A program made the position numbers and the translations under genes. Below the pieces are notes generated by a model. That model saw only the letters and a program-made list of their open reading frames with translations, ran no database searches and was not told the origin of the DNA. Below, piece by piece: positions 1 through 7,318 of a stretch of DNA of 24,000 nucleotides. The DNA comes from Candidatus Aenigmatarchaeota archaeon. Its GTDB lineage: Archaea; Aenigmatarchaeota; Aenigmatarchaeia; GW2011-AR5; JAHLMP01. The stretch spans positions 9,023 through 33,022 of the forward strand of contig JAGGUE010000030.1 of NCBI GenBank assembly GCA_021158665.1. The letters are read 5' to 3'. How positions within the stretch are numbered: the stretch's first letter is position 1; every line of letters begins with the position of its first letter.

Positions 1-626
1 TTTTTTAGTTCAACGGCGACTTCTCTGCTAATTCCCGCGCCGGTTTCTTTTACTATAATCGGCTTATCCAATTTCGTGCAAAGTTCTTTTATCTTTTTCA
101 GACAATTTCCCCAGTTCGTATCGCCTTCTGGCTGGCAAACCTCCTGTAATGGGTTCAAATGCAGCGCCAGCGCATCCGCGTCTATCATTTCTATTGCTTT
201 TTTCGCCTCATTTATTGAGTATCCTTCGTTGAACTGGATGATACCCAAATTTGCAACAAGAAATATGTCTGGAGCAACGCTCCTGACCTTATATGTTTTT
301 TCTAAATCCGGATTCTCTATCGCGGCTCTTTGCGAACCAACACCCATTGCTATGCCAAACGACTGCGCGGCTTCCGCTATGTTCTTGTTTATTTTCTCTG
401 CTTCATCGGTCCCGCCTGTCATCGCAGAAATAATTATTGGCGCATTTAATTTTTTTCCAAGAAAGACGCATCCCGTGCCGATATCTTTCAGGTTTACCTC
501 CGGCAATGCCCGATGTACGAGGTCAATATCCTTAAAATTTATGTTATCGAAACCCGTTTTGTTCGTCTCAACTTTTTTTTCCAAACAGATTCTGATGTGG
601 TCTGATTTTCTTTTTGAAATCGACAT
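1..626 (-). CDS. fni: Isopentenyl-diphosphate delta-isomerase, type 2 (FMN-dependent); N-terminal ~208 codons, 3' end runs off the left window edge
   Basis: This gene is absent from the ORF track because it is open at the window edge. My reverse-strand translation from the ATG at 626-624 reads MSISKRKSDHIRICLEKKVETNKTGFDNINFKDIDLVHRALPEVNLKDIGTGCVFLGKKLNAPIIISAMTGGTDEAEKINKNIAEAAQSFGIAMGVGSQRAAIENPDLEKTYKVRSVAPDIFLVANLG...KPIIVKETGAGIS. The RK..HI, ISAMTGG, GVGSQR and KETG.G motifs are typical of type-2 IDI. The + strand ORF 76-639 is its antisense shadow. Confidence 0.85.
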   Translation of the reverse strand, partial: MSISKRKSDHIRICLEKKVETNKTGFDNINFKDIDLVHRALPEVNLKDIGTGCVFLGKKLNAPIIISAMTGGTDEAEKINKNIAEAAQSFGIAMGVGSQRAAIENPDLEKTYKVRSVAPDIFLVANLGIIQFNEGYSINEAKKAIEMIDADALALHLNPLQEVCQPEGDTNWGNCLKKIKELCTKLDKPIIVKETGAGISREVAVELK

Positions 627-652
627 ATTAATAAATTAAAGCGTTAAAAGAA

Positions 653-1765
653 TTAAAAAGAATTCTCATTTCGAACCCCGTCGCCGTCGATATCCGCATT
701 AACGATATGTAATCCGTTTTTCTTCCACAGATATTTTACCTTCTCCGCAACTTTTTTGTCAAAACAGACCGCTATGCCGCAATCTCCTCCCCCGGCTCCG
801 GATAACTTTCCAGATGCTCCGCATTTATTTGCAAGTTCCGACATTTTTTTCAGTTCCGCGGTTTCAATATCAATATTGCTTTTCTCTCCCAAATCTCTTA
901 TATAATCTTCGTTCCGTCTTAACATCTTCAGAATTTCTCCACCGTTTTCATTTTTCCATGCCATTATTAATGAATGAACGAGATTTGATATTTTTTTATG
1001 CACTTTTTTATATTCTCCGGGGTTGGTTTTTTTAAATTTTTTCATCCGTTTTATCATAGACGGCGTGTGGGCGCTCTTGCCGGTCCATCCTATTAATAAA
1101 ATAAAATTATCGGGTATTTTCAATTTCTCAATATAAAATCCTTTCCATTTCCTATTAACTATTTCTTTCAGCGTCCTTCGTTTCAATTCGTCAGTCAGCC
1201 AATTGGGGTCAAATCTTTTGTAAACAATAATGCCGCCATATGTTGAAGCGGCGATATCAAATGCGGAGCCCATTCTCTTCTGGGCAAAATAATGGGCTAT
1301 GCTCGATAATTTGTAAATTATGTTTTTTGATTTTTTCGTATCGATATCAAATCCGTTAAACTTCAGTAGCCCGGCAACCGTTGAAACAACGGACGCGGAA
1401 GAGGAACCGAACCCAATTTTTTTTGTTATGTCATCGATTTGTTCATTCCACGTCCTTATTTTAAATCGATTTCGTTCTTCCAGATACCGCAAAGACGTTT
1501 CTATCGCGCATTTTATAAACATTAGCTTCTCTTTCTCCCAATTTGATATTTCGCTTTTCCATATCAAATTTTTTCCATCGAACTCCGCTTTAACGTTTTT
1601 TATATTAAAATTATCTATATTGACAGAAATTTCATTACTATCTTCTATTTGGGCATGCACCCGTTTATTAATGGCGGAAACTATGCACGGAGAAAATTCT
1701 AAGACCGCCCATTCCCCCGAAATCATCAGCTTTCTTGGCGCAGAAATATGTATCATAACAATCAC
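653..1765 (-). CDS. mvaK2: Phosphomevalonate kinase (GHMP kinase, ERG8/MvaK2 type)
   Basis: The N-terminus has SAPRKLMISGEWAVLE (compare the SAPGKL..GEY motif). The GHMP motif II is GFGSSSASVVSTVAG. The C-terminal KLSGAGGGDCGIAV matches Gram-positive PMKs. The likely true start is the ATG at 1756 (MIHISAPRK), which is preceded by GAGAGTGAT 4 nt upstream; the GTG at 1765 is the track start. Confidence 0.8.
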   Translation of the reverse strand: MIVMIHISAPRKLMISGEWAVLEFSPCIVSAINKRVHAQIEDSNEISVNIDNFNIKNVKAEFDGKNLIWKSEISNWEKEKLMFIKCAIETSLRYLEERNRFKIRTWNEQIDDITKKIGFGSSSASVVSTVAGLLKFNGFDIDTKKSKNIIYKLSSIAHYFAQKRMGSAFDIAASTYGGIIVYKRFDPNWLTDELKRRTLKEIVNRKWKGFYIEKLKIPDNFILLIGWTGKSAHTPSMIKRMKKFKKTNPGEYKKVHKKISNLVHSLIMAWKNENGGEILKMLRRNEDYIRDLGEKSNIDIETAELKKMSELANKCGASGKLSGAGGGDCGIAVCFDKKVAEKVKYLWKKNGLHIVNADIDGDGVRNENSF

Positions 1766-1781
1766 TCTCTAGGGGGTCAAT

Positions 1782-2831
1782 TTATTCGTTTTCAATTCTC
1801 ACGCCGTCTACACCCAATTCGGTTTCCCAGTACTTATATCCAAGAGATTTTATCGTATCTATTAATTTGCTTTTATCCTCATGATAACACAGCATCGCTC
1901 CTCCCCCGCCAGCACCGCAAAGTTTTGCCGCCCCGGCTATATTTTTGACATGTTCGTATACATCATCTATCTCTTTTACCGACAGCCCAAGTTCCGATAG
2001 ATTTTTTTGTGCCATATTTATTATTTCTTTCATTCTTTTGAAGTTCTTGTTTTTCAATGCTTCTCTCATTTCATATGTCAATTCGCGGAGTGCGTTTATT
2101 CTTTCGTTTCTAAAATCTTCATTTAAATTTCTCACCATCTGCACCAGCTCTCCCGTTGTTTTTTCTGGCTTTTTTGTATATACTAAAATAAAATTCCTTA
2201 ATTTATACGGTATTTCTTTTTTCAACGATTTTATGATGTTTTTCGGTGCCGATTTTTGGAACCATATCAAACCGCCAAAACAGCATGCAGAATTATCACC
2301 TCCGGATGGCGTTCCGTGACTAAATTGTTCTATGCCAAATGCGATGTTGTTTACTTCTTCGACAGAAAGTTTCTTCTCATAAAGTTCTGATATCGCCTTT
2401 GTTATCGCAACGGCTAAAGCCGATGATGACCCGAGTCCGGAGCCAATCAAAATATCCGATTTTATATCCAAAAAAATCCCGTGATTTATATTTAGTCTGA
2501 GCAAAATATCGCCGATAGCAGCTTTTATCAGAGTAAATTGATCATTTTTTAACAATTTGAATAATTCAGAGAAATCATTTTTTTCACTACACCGCTTGTG
2601 CAAGTCCCTTATTTTTCTCGTTATAGATAAGACATCTTTTATTTCAAACTTTTGTTCTGAGGATAGTTCCCTGCTTTTTATTATTATTGAATCATTCTTT
2701 TCCGCCCTGACATAACAACGCTTGTCAATGGCAGCTATTATCGCCGGTTTACCGTAGACGGCGGCATGCTCTCCGATCATGTGAATTTTGCCCGGCGCGG
2801 AAACTTTTACCGTTTTTCTCATAATTTTCAA
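1782..2831 (-). CDS. mvk: Mevalonate kinase
   Basis: The supporting motifs are VSAPGKIHMIGEHAAVYGKPAIIAAID, GSGLGSSSALAVA and KLCGAGGGGAMLC, which are classic MVK/GHMP motifs. The track start at 2831 is a TTG. The ATG at 2822 (MRKTVKVSAPGK) sits 20-27 nt downstream of TTTAAAAA, so a leaderless start at 2822 is more likely. Confidence 0.9.
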   Translation of the reverse strand: MKIMRKTVKVSAPGKIHMIGEHAAVYGKPAIIAAIDKRCYVRAEKNDSIIIKSRELSSEQKFEIKDVLSITRKIRDLHKRCSEKNDFSELFKLLKNDQFTLIKAAIGDILLRLNINHGIFLDIKSDILIGSGLGSSSALAVAITKAISELYEKKLSVEEVNNIAFGIEQFSHGTPSGGDNSACCFGGLIWFQKSAPKNIIKSLKKEIPYKLRNFILVYTKKPEKTTGELVQMVRNLNEDFRNERINALRELTYEMREALKNKNFKRMKEIINMAQKNLSELGLSVKEIDDVYEHVKNIAGAAKLCGAGGGGAMLCYHEDKSKLIDTIKSLGYKYWETELGVDGVRIENE

Positions 2832-2887
2832 TAATGAAGCATTTTTAAACTTTAAAAGGTTTTCGTCTCTACAATAAAGATATATTT
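2832..2887. promoter_or_regulatory. Divergent promoter region between mvk (-) and tfs (+)
   Basis: This is a 56-nt AT-rich spacer. On the minus strand, TTTAAAAA (2842-2849) lies at -27 to -20 of the mvk ATG at 2822. On the plus strand, CTTTAAAAGG (about 2850-2859) lies roughly 30-40 nt upstream of the tfs start region. The call is by position and composition only. Confidence 0.4.
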
Positions 2888-3226
2888 TTGGTGATAATCA
2901 TCAAAATAGAAATTTGTAAGAAATGCGGTTCGATAATGGTCCCCAAAAAAAGCCGTAAAAATATATATATGAAATGCACGAGATGTGGGCATGAAGAGAA
3001 AAGAAACGATATAAAAGACGTAAAAATTGTAGAAAAAGAGAAAAAGGATAAAGGAGTATTTGTTTTTGAGAAAGATAAATTAGAATTACCTATAACAAAA
3101 AAAATGTGCCCCAAATGCGAAAACACGAGAGCTTACTATTTCTTAAGGCAGACGAGAGCCGCGGACGAACCGCCAACACAATTCTTTAAGTGCACAAAAT
3201 GCGGATATGTTTGGAGAGAATATTGA
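2888..3226 (+). CDS. tfs: Transcription factor S / RNA polymerase subunit M (TFS, TFIIS-like)
   Basis: The protein has an N-terminal zinc ribbon (CKKCGSIMVP...CTRCGHE) and a C-terminal zinc ribbon (CPKCENTRAYYFLRQTRAADEPPTQFFKCTKCGYVWREY). The latter includes the RSADEP-like acidic loop typical of TFS/TFIIS domain III. The start codon is ambiguous; see findings. Confidence 0.85.
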   Translation: MVIIIKIEICKKCGSIMVPKKSRKNIYMKCTRCGHEEKRNDIKDVKIVEKEKKDKGVFVFEKDKLELPITKKMCPKCENTRAYYFLRQTRAADEPPTQFFKCTKCGYVWREY

Positions 3227-3237
3227 TTAAGGATTAT

Positions 3238-3999
3238 CTAAATCATTTTTTCGAATTCTTCAAATTTTTTACCTTGAATATAAAACAATGCTTCTTTTTT
3301 ATATTTTTCATCTTCTTTGAATTTTGGCTCAAAATTTTTTATCAATTTCTCAATCGGCAATTTTTTACTACCATATTCATATCCAATCCTTTCTAAATAT
3401 AGAGCCCATTCTTCTTTTCTTTTAAATGCGTTCAGAAAATGTAAAGGCCAATAATATTGATAAGTAATAAGCTTTGAGAATTTTTTATGAAAAACTGATG
3501 GATTAAATTTTTTCATTCTCCATGTATAATGGTAAATTGTCGCTTCTTCTAAACTCATGCCAGAAAAGTCAGATGATTCTGCATGATAAATCGCTCTTCT
3601 AAAAACTACATAAGCCCCCATTGCCTCTAAGATTTTATCAGCAAGAAAAACAGATTGTTGCAAAACATCTTTTTGTATACCGGGTTCTCCATGCATTTTT
3701 ATAGCTTCAATAATTTTATTAGTAACTGTTTTTTCCAACTTAAATTGTTCTAAAATTTTTCTCGTCTTTTCTACCCCATTTTTTATATGAGATATTTTAT
3801 CAGTAGGTGCTCTTACAATATCATGCAATAAACCTGCTATATAAGCCAAATCTTGCTCTTTTTTATCACCATTTAAAATTTTAACAAACCACCGTGCTCC
3901 GATAGCGGTTCTTTTAAGATGACCGAAATCATGTGCAATAGAATCGACATTTTTAGTTTCGGATTTAACAAATTCTTCTATTTCTTTGATCGGTAGCAT
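3238..3999 (-). CDS. HD-domain metal-dependent phosphohydrolase (specific function unknown)
   Basis: The H...HD signature is present as HDFGHLKRT ... AGLLHDIVR ... MHGEP. The gene sits 17 nt downstream of mvaD on the same strand. Confidence 0.7.
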   Translation of the reverse strand: MLPIKEIEEFVKSETKNVDSIAHDFGHLKRTAIGARWFVKILNGDKKEQDLAYIAGLLHDIVRAPTDKISHIKNGVEKTRKILEQFKLEKTVTNKIIEAIKMHGEPGIQKDVLQQSVFLADKILEAMGAYVVFRRAIYHAESSDFSGMSLEEATIYHYTWRMKKFNPSVFHKKFSKLITYQYYWPLHFLNAFKRKEEWALYLERIGYEYGSKKLPIEKLIKNFEPKFKEDEKYKKEALFYIQGKKFEEFEKMI

Positions 4000-4016
4000 A
4001 ATATCTATCCAGAATT

Positions 4017-5006
4017 TTAAAACAAGTGTTTATCAATTATCTTTGCGCCGTCTCCGGGCCCGCATATTATAGTTTTCATTACACCGCCAAGTTCTGAGAG
4101 TTTTTTGTTTATCTTTTTTTCATTTTTTTTCAGGCACATTACAATGACATTTGGTCCGGCATCTATTGTGAAGTAGCATTCTATTCCCTCCTCTCGCTGT
4201 TCCCGAACGAAATCAATGATTTCCATCGTGGCGGGGGTCCAATAAATAATGGGCGGTTTTGTAGTAATCATCAATGCATGCATTTTCAGACAATTGTATT
4301 CCGCCGTTTGTCCGACTGATGAAAAATCCCTGTTTTTTATGCCATTTCTAATCAATTCCAAATCCCTGTCTATAGTCTCTAACCAACATTTATAATACGG
4401 ACATGTATTAACTGTTTGTGCCATCCCAGACCTTGAGCTGACTTTTTTCTCGGTTTTTGTAACAATTGCCGTGATCATTCTGAACTCATTCCAATGATTT
4501 TTATTAACTATGGATTCTGCGTAGCTGTCGCTTCCATCATCTTTATCGCCTTTATACCACTCAACAAAACCTTCGCAGACAGAGCGTGAAGCAGAACCAG
4601 AACCCTGACGGGTTAAAATTGTAAGGTCTTTTTCATTTAATTCTAATTTTGCCGCTTTTGTAGCGGCTAGTGTTAGTGCCGCAAAGCCGCTCGCAGAGCT
4701 TGCCAACCCGGCAGCAATTGGAAAGTTTGATTTTGAGACAATTTTCGATTTTTCTTTAATATTTGCAAGATTTCTTATTCGTTCTATATGATTTAATATG
4801 CCTTTTTCATCTTTTACGAGTTCTTTGCCATTTATGATAATACTATCTTTTTCATACTTTTTAGAAAATTCTACGGTCGTTACTGTGCTAAGTCCATCCA
4901 ACGTCATCGATATCGAGCTGTTGTACGGCAAAACAAGTTTTTTATCTCTTTTTCCCCAGTATTTTACCAATGCTATGTTTGCATTTGCTATGGCCGTTGC
5001 TTTCAT
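4017..5006 (-). CDS. mvaD: Diphosphomevalonate decarboxylase (MDD family GHMP enzyme)
   Basis: The supporting motifs are NIALVKYWGKRD, AAGLASSASGFAAL, GSGSASRS and TIDAGPNV, which are characteristic of MDD. An SD-like GAGGTAAT lies 3-4 nt upstream of the ATG. Diphospho- versus monophospho-substrate specificity cannot be judged by eye. Confidence 0.85.
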   Translation of the reverse strand: MKATAIANANIALVKYWGKRDKKLVLPYNSSISMTLDGLSTVTTVEFSKKYEKDSIIINGKELVKDEKGILNHIERIRNLANIKEKSKIVSKSNFPIAAGLASSASGFAALTLAATKAAKLELNEKDLTILTRQGSGSASRSVCEGFVEWYKGDKDDGSDSYAESIVNKNHWNEFRMITAIVTKTEKKVSSRSGMAQTVNTCPYYKCWLETIDRDLELIRNGIKNRDFSSVGQTAEYNCLKMHALMITTKPPIIYWTPATMEIIDFVREQREEGIECYFTIDAGPNVIVMCLKKNEKKINKKLSELGGVMKTIICGPGDGAKIIDKHLF

Positions 5007-5048
5007 TTTATTACCTCATAATTTGTCAATACAATAAAAATATTAATA

Positions 5049-5121
5049 TGGGTTTGGGGAGAATCGAACTCCCGATCTCCGCGATGTGAACGCGGCGTCA
5101 TTGCCACTAGACCACAAACCC
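5049..5121 (-). tRNA. tRNA-Val (anticodon CAC), 73 nt, no intron, no encoded CCA
   Basis: The reverse complement is GGGTTTGTGGTCTAGTGGCAATGACGCCGCGTTCACATCGCGGAGATCGGGAGTTCGATTCTCCCCAAACCCA. The acceptor stem is GGGTTTG/CAAACCC. The anticodon stem is CCGCG/CGCGG with loop TTCACAT. The T arm is GGGAG-TTCGATT-CTCCC and the discriminator is A. Confidence 0.9.
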
Positions 5122-5142
5122 AGCTCACAATAAATATTTAAA

Positions 5143-6036
5143 TTAAATATTTCTCATGAGCGATTTAATATCTATTAGAAATCTTTCAAACAATGATGAT
5201 TTGTCCCTTTGGGCAGAACACTTGATAAATTCAAGCAATCTGCTAATAATATCCATATTTATTACTTTTTCAACATCTTTAACCGGAGGCGATAAATCGA
5301 TGTTTAAAATTTTTTCACCTATCATATCTACTCTGGCAAACTCCGTGCCAATTATTTTCGCCGTTTTTATTGCCGCATTTTTTATTTTATCCGGTATTTT
5401 GCATCCCATCATTTTACCTTCTCCGAAGAAAATATCAGATTTCTTCGCGGGCTTTCTTTTTAGTCCAAACACATTGTCGCCTATCACATATATTTGCAGA
5501 TAACTTGTGTTTAGATATTCTTCAATATAAATCGTGTCTTTGAATGTCTCCAACGTATCGAGCATGGCTCTGAGCTCTGTGTTATTGTTCGCAAACATTA
5601 TTCCTTTTTCTTTGCTAGACAATCTTATAGAAATCGGGAACTTGATAGAATTTGCAATTGCTTGGGCCGATTTCTGGGAATTTAATAAATAAATTTCGGG
5701 TGTCTGTAATCCGTTTTTCATTATTTCACTAAACATTATAAATCTGTCGGATGTTATAAAATATGCTTTTGGTGATATCGGTGAATATACTTTAAGATTA
5801 TTTAAAACGCTATAAGCAAACAAACTTCTGCTTTTAGGTATTATCGGTAAAACGGAATCGAATTTTGACAAATCTACATTTTTGTAAATTATTTCATCAT
5901 TCCCCAAACTCATTAAAGAAAACGGAACATACAATACTGTATCAAAAAATTTTTTCGCTTTCTCTAAAAGTTCCAGATTGCTATGTGTTCTTTTCTCTGG
6001 GCCAATAATACACAGTTTCATAAAATCACTGAACAC
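5143..6036 (-). CDS. RimK-like ATP-grasp paralog with degenerate catalytic motifs
   Basis: The protein is collinear with the adjacent RimK (for example YIEEYL, YVIG, ARVDM). However, the Gly-rich loop GFGGRGV is replaced by SSKEKGI, R.N..GG by FGEGKMMG, and E.N by NID. The likely start is the ATG at 6021 (MKLCIIG), preceded by AGTGAT 3 nt upstream. Confidence 0.55.
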   Translation of the reverse strand: MFSDFMKLCIIGPEKRTHSNLELLEKAKKFFDTVLYVPFSLMSLGNDEIIYKNVDLSKFDSVLPIIPKSRSLFAYSVLNNLKVYSPISPKAYFITSDRFIMFSEIMKNGLQTPEIYLLNSQKSAQAIANSIKFPISIRLSSKEKGIMFANNNTELRAMLDTLETFKDTIYIEEYLNTSYLQIYVIGDNVFGLKRKPAKKSDIFFGEGKMMGCKIPDKIKNAAIKTAKIIGTEFARVDMIGEKILNIDLSPPVKDVEKVINMDIISRLLEFIKCSAQRDKSSLFERFLIDIKSLMRNI

Positions 6037-6044
6037 ATTTTTTA

Positions 6045-6926
6045 TTATTCCTCAACTTTTGACGCCATATATTCCACAATAAGTTTTGCGACATTAACAA
6101 ACGGTTGGATGCCTTTTAACCCGGGGTTTATATTTACTTCAATAACTTTTGGACCGTCTTTACTTTCAAGCATATCAACGGCAACGATATCGGAGTCTAT
6201 GGCCGATGCCGCCTTTATCGCAATGTCTTGCAACTCTTCGGATAGGGTAATGTATTCCGCGGTTCCGCCAGCCAAAATATTTGACCTGAATTCATCTTTT
6301 TTGCATTTTCTTCTATAACCGGCGACGACTCTGCCCCCGATTACATAAGCCCTTTTATCCTCATTTTTATTTTTTACATACTCTTCTATAATAAGTTGCT
6401 GTCTCATGAGTTTCAGTGTTTCCACGACGGATATTGCCGCCTCTAGATTCTCCAATAGCATTACACCGCGTCCGCCAAAACCGGATACAATCTTTATGAT
6501 AACGGGGTATTTCATTTTTTTCAATAATAGTTTTGCGGACTCTATTGATGAAACTAGGTACGTCTCCGGTACCGGGACACCCGCTCTTTTTAAGACATCC
6601 AATGACATAAATTTATTATGGGCTATTAATACCGTCTCGGCAGAGTATGGTTTTTTCATTCCTTTAATATCCATGAATTTAATTACATGATACCCATGCT
6701 GCGCCCGAGCGGCATCTATTCTTGGCAGGCAATAATCATAATTGCTTAAGTTCTCTTTTTTATAAAACATTTCCGATGACTTTTCATTAATTTTGAGGAC
6801 TATATCATTGAGTGGCACATACTTAACTTTATAAAATACCTTTTCAGCTTCTTTAATTATGGTCTTGGTAGTTATTCCGGCATTCTTCGCGCCAATTATT
6901 AATAAAGATTTTTTAATCATTTTCAA
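6045..6926 (-). CDS. rimK: RimK-family alpha-L-glutamate ligase (ATP-grasp)
   Basis: The supporting sequence is YPVIIKIVSGFGGRGVMLL, LIIEEYV, DKRAYVIGGRVV, FRSNILAGGTAE and VAVDMLESKDGPKVIEVNINPGL, a full set of ATP-grasp/RimK motifs. The likely start is the ATG at 6920 (AGTGAT 5 nt upstream), which overlaps the upstream gene stop as ATGATTAA. Confidence 0.85.
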   Translation of the reverse strand: MKMIKKSLLIIGAKNAGITTKTIIKEAEKVFYKVKYVPLNDIVLKINEKSSEMFYKKENLSNYDYCLPRIDAARAQHGYHVIKFMDIKGMKKPYSAETVLIAHNKFMSLDVLKRAGVPVPETYLVSSIESAKLLLKKMKYPVIIKIVSGFGGRGVMLLENLEAAISVVETLKLMRQQLIIEEYVKNKNEDKRAYVIGGRVVAGYRRKCKKDEFRSNILAGGTAEYITLSEELQDIAIKAASAIDSDIVAVDMLESKDGPKVIEVNINPGLKGIQPFVNVAKLIVEYMASKVEE

Positions 6927-7311
6927 TCACTAATCTTTTACCGTCTCTCAGATCCTTTTCATTGGGACTGAAATTAGATTTTTCAACATCTACAACAAAA
7001 TTTCCATATATTAGATTCCTGCCTATCAAAACCGGATATTCTAATTTACTTCTGTCGGCAATATTGGCTTTTGTTACGAATTTCTTACCTTTTATCTCAA
7101 AAATAACATCAACCACTCTTCGTCTTTCCATACCCAAGACGTTTTTTACTTTGGATGTTGATATGGTTTTAAGTCCGATTTTTTCTGCAATTTTTTTGTC
7201 GATCGAATTACATTTTGCTCCTGTATCAAATTTTGCTAATAGAGTAAGATTCTTCTTCCCGATTATTTTAATTTTTTCCACCAGCCCAACAACTTTTTTC
7301 ATTTTATTCAC
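6913..7311 (-). CDS. Retropepsin-like aspartic protease (COG4067 / 'putative ATP-dependent zinc protease' family, RimB-like)
   Basis: This is a ~130-aa protein with AKFDTGAKCNSI (a D-T-G-A retropepsin-type motif) and a later VLIGRN motif. Its size, motif and position immediately upstream of rimK match the RimK-associated protease family known from bacterial rimABK loci. Confidence 0.6.
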   Translation of the reverse strand: MNKMKKVVGLVEKIKIIGKKNLTLLAKFDTGAKCNSIDKKIAEKIGLKTISTSKVKNVLGMERRRVVDVIFEIKGKKFVTKANIADRSKLEYPVLIGRNLIYGNFVVDVEKSNFSPNEKDLRDGKRLVIEND

Positions 7312-7318
7312 AACATTT

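Noticed and set aside
76-639. 187-aa + strand ORF at the left edge
   Set aside because: The protein is low-complexity and F/S/I-rich, and it lies exactly antisense to a reverse-strand reading frame that translates into a clean type-2 IDI with all hallmark motifs. It is a shadow ORF.
1320-2319. + strand ORFs 1320-1772, 1748-1948, 1945-2319
   Set aside because: These ORFs are antisense to the PMK and MVK genes, and their composition is junk-like.
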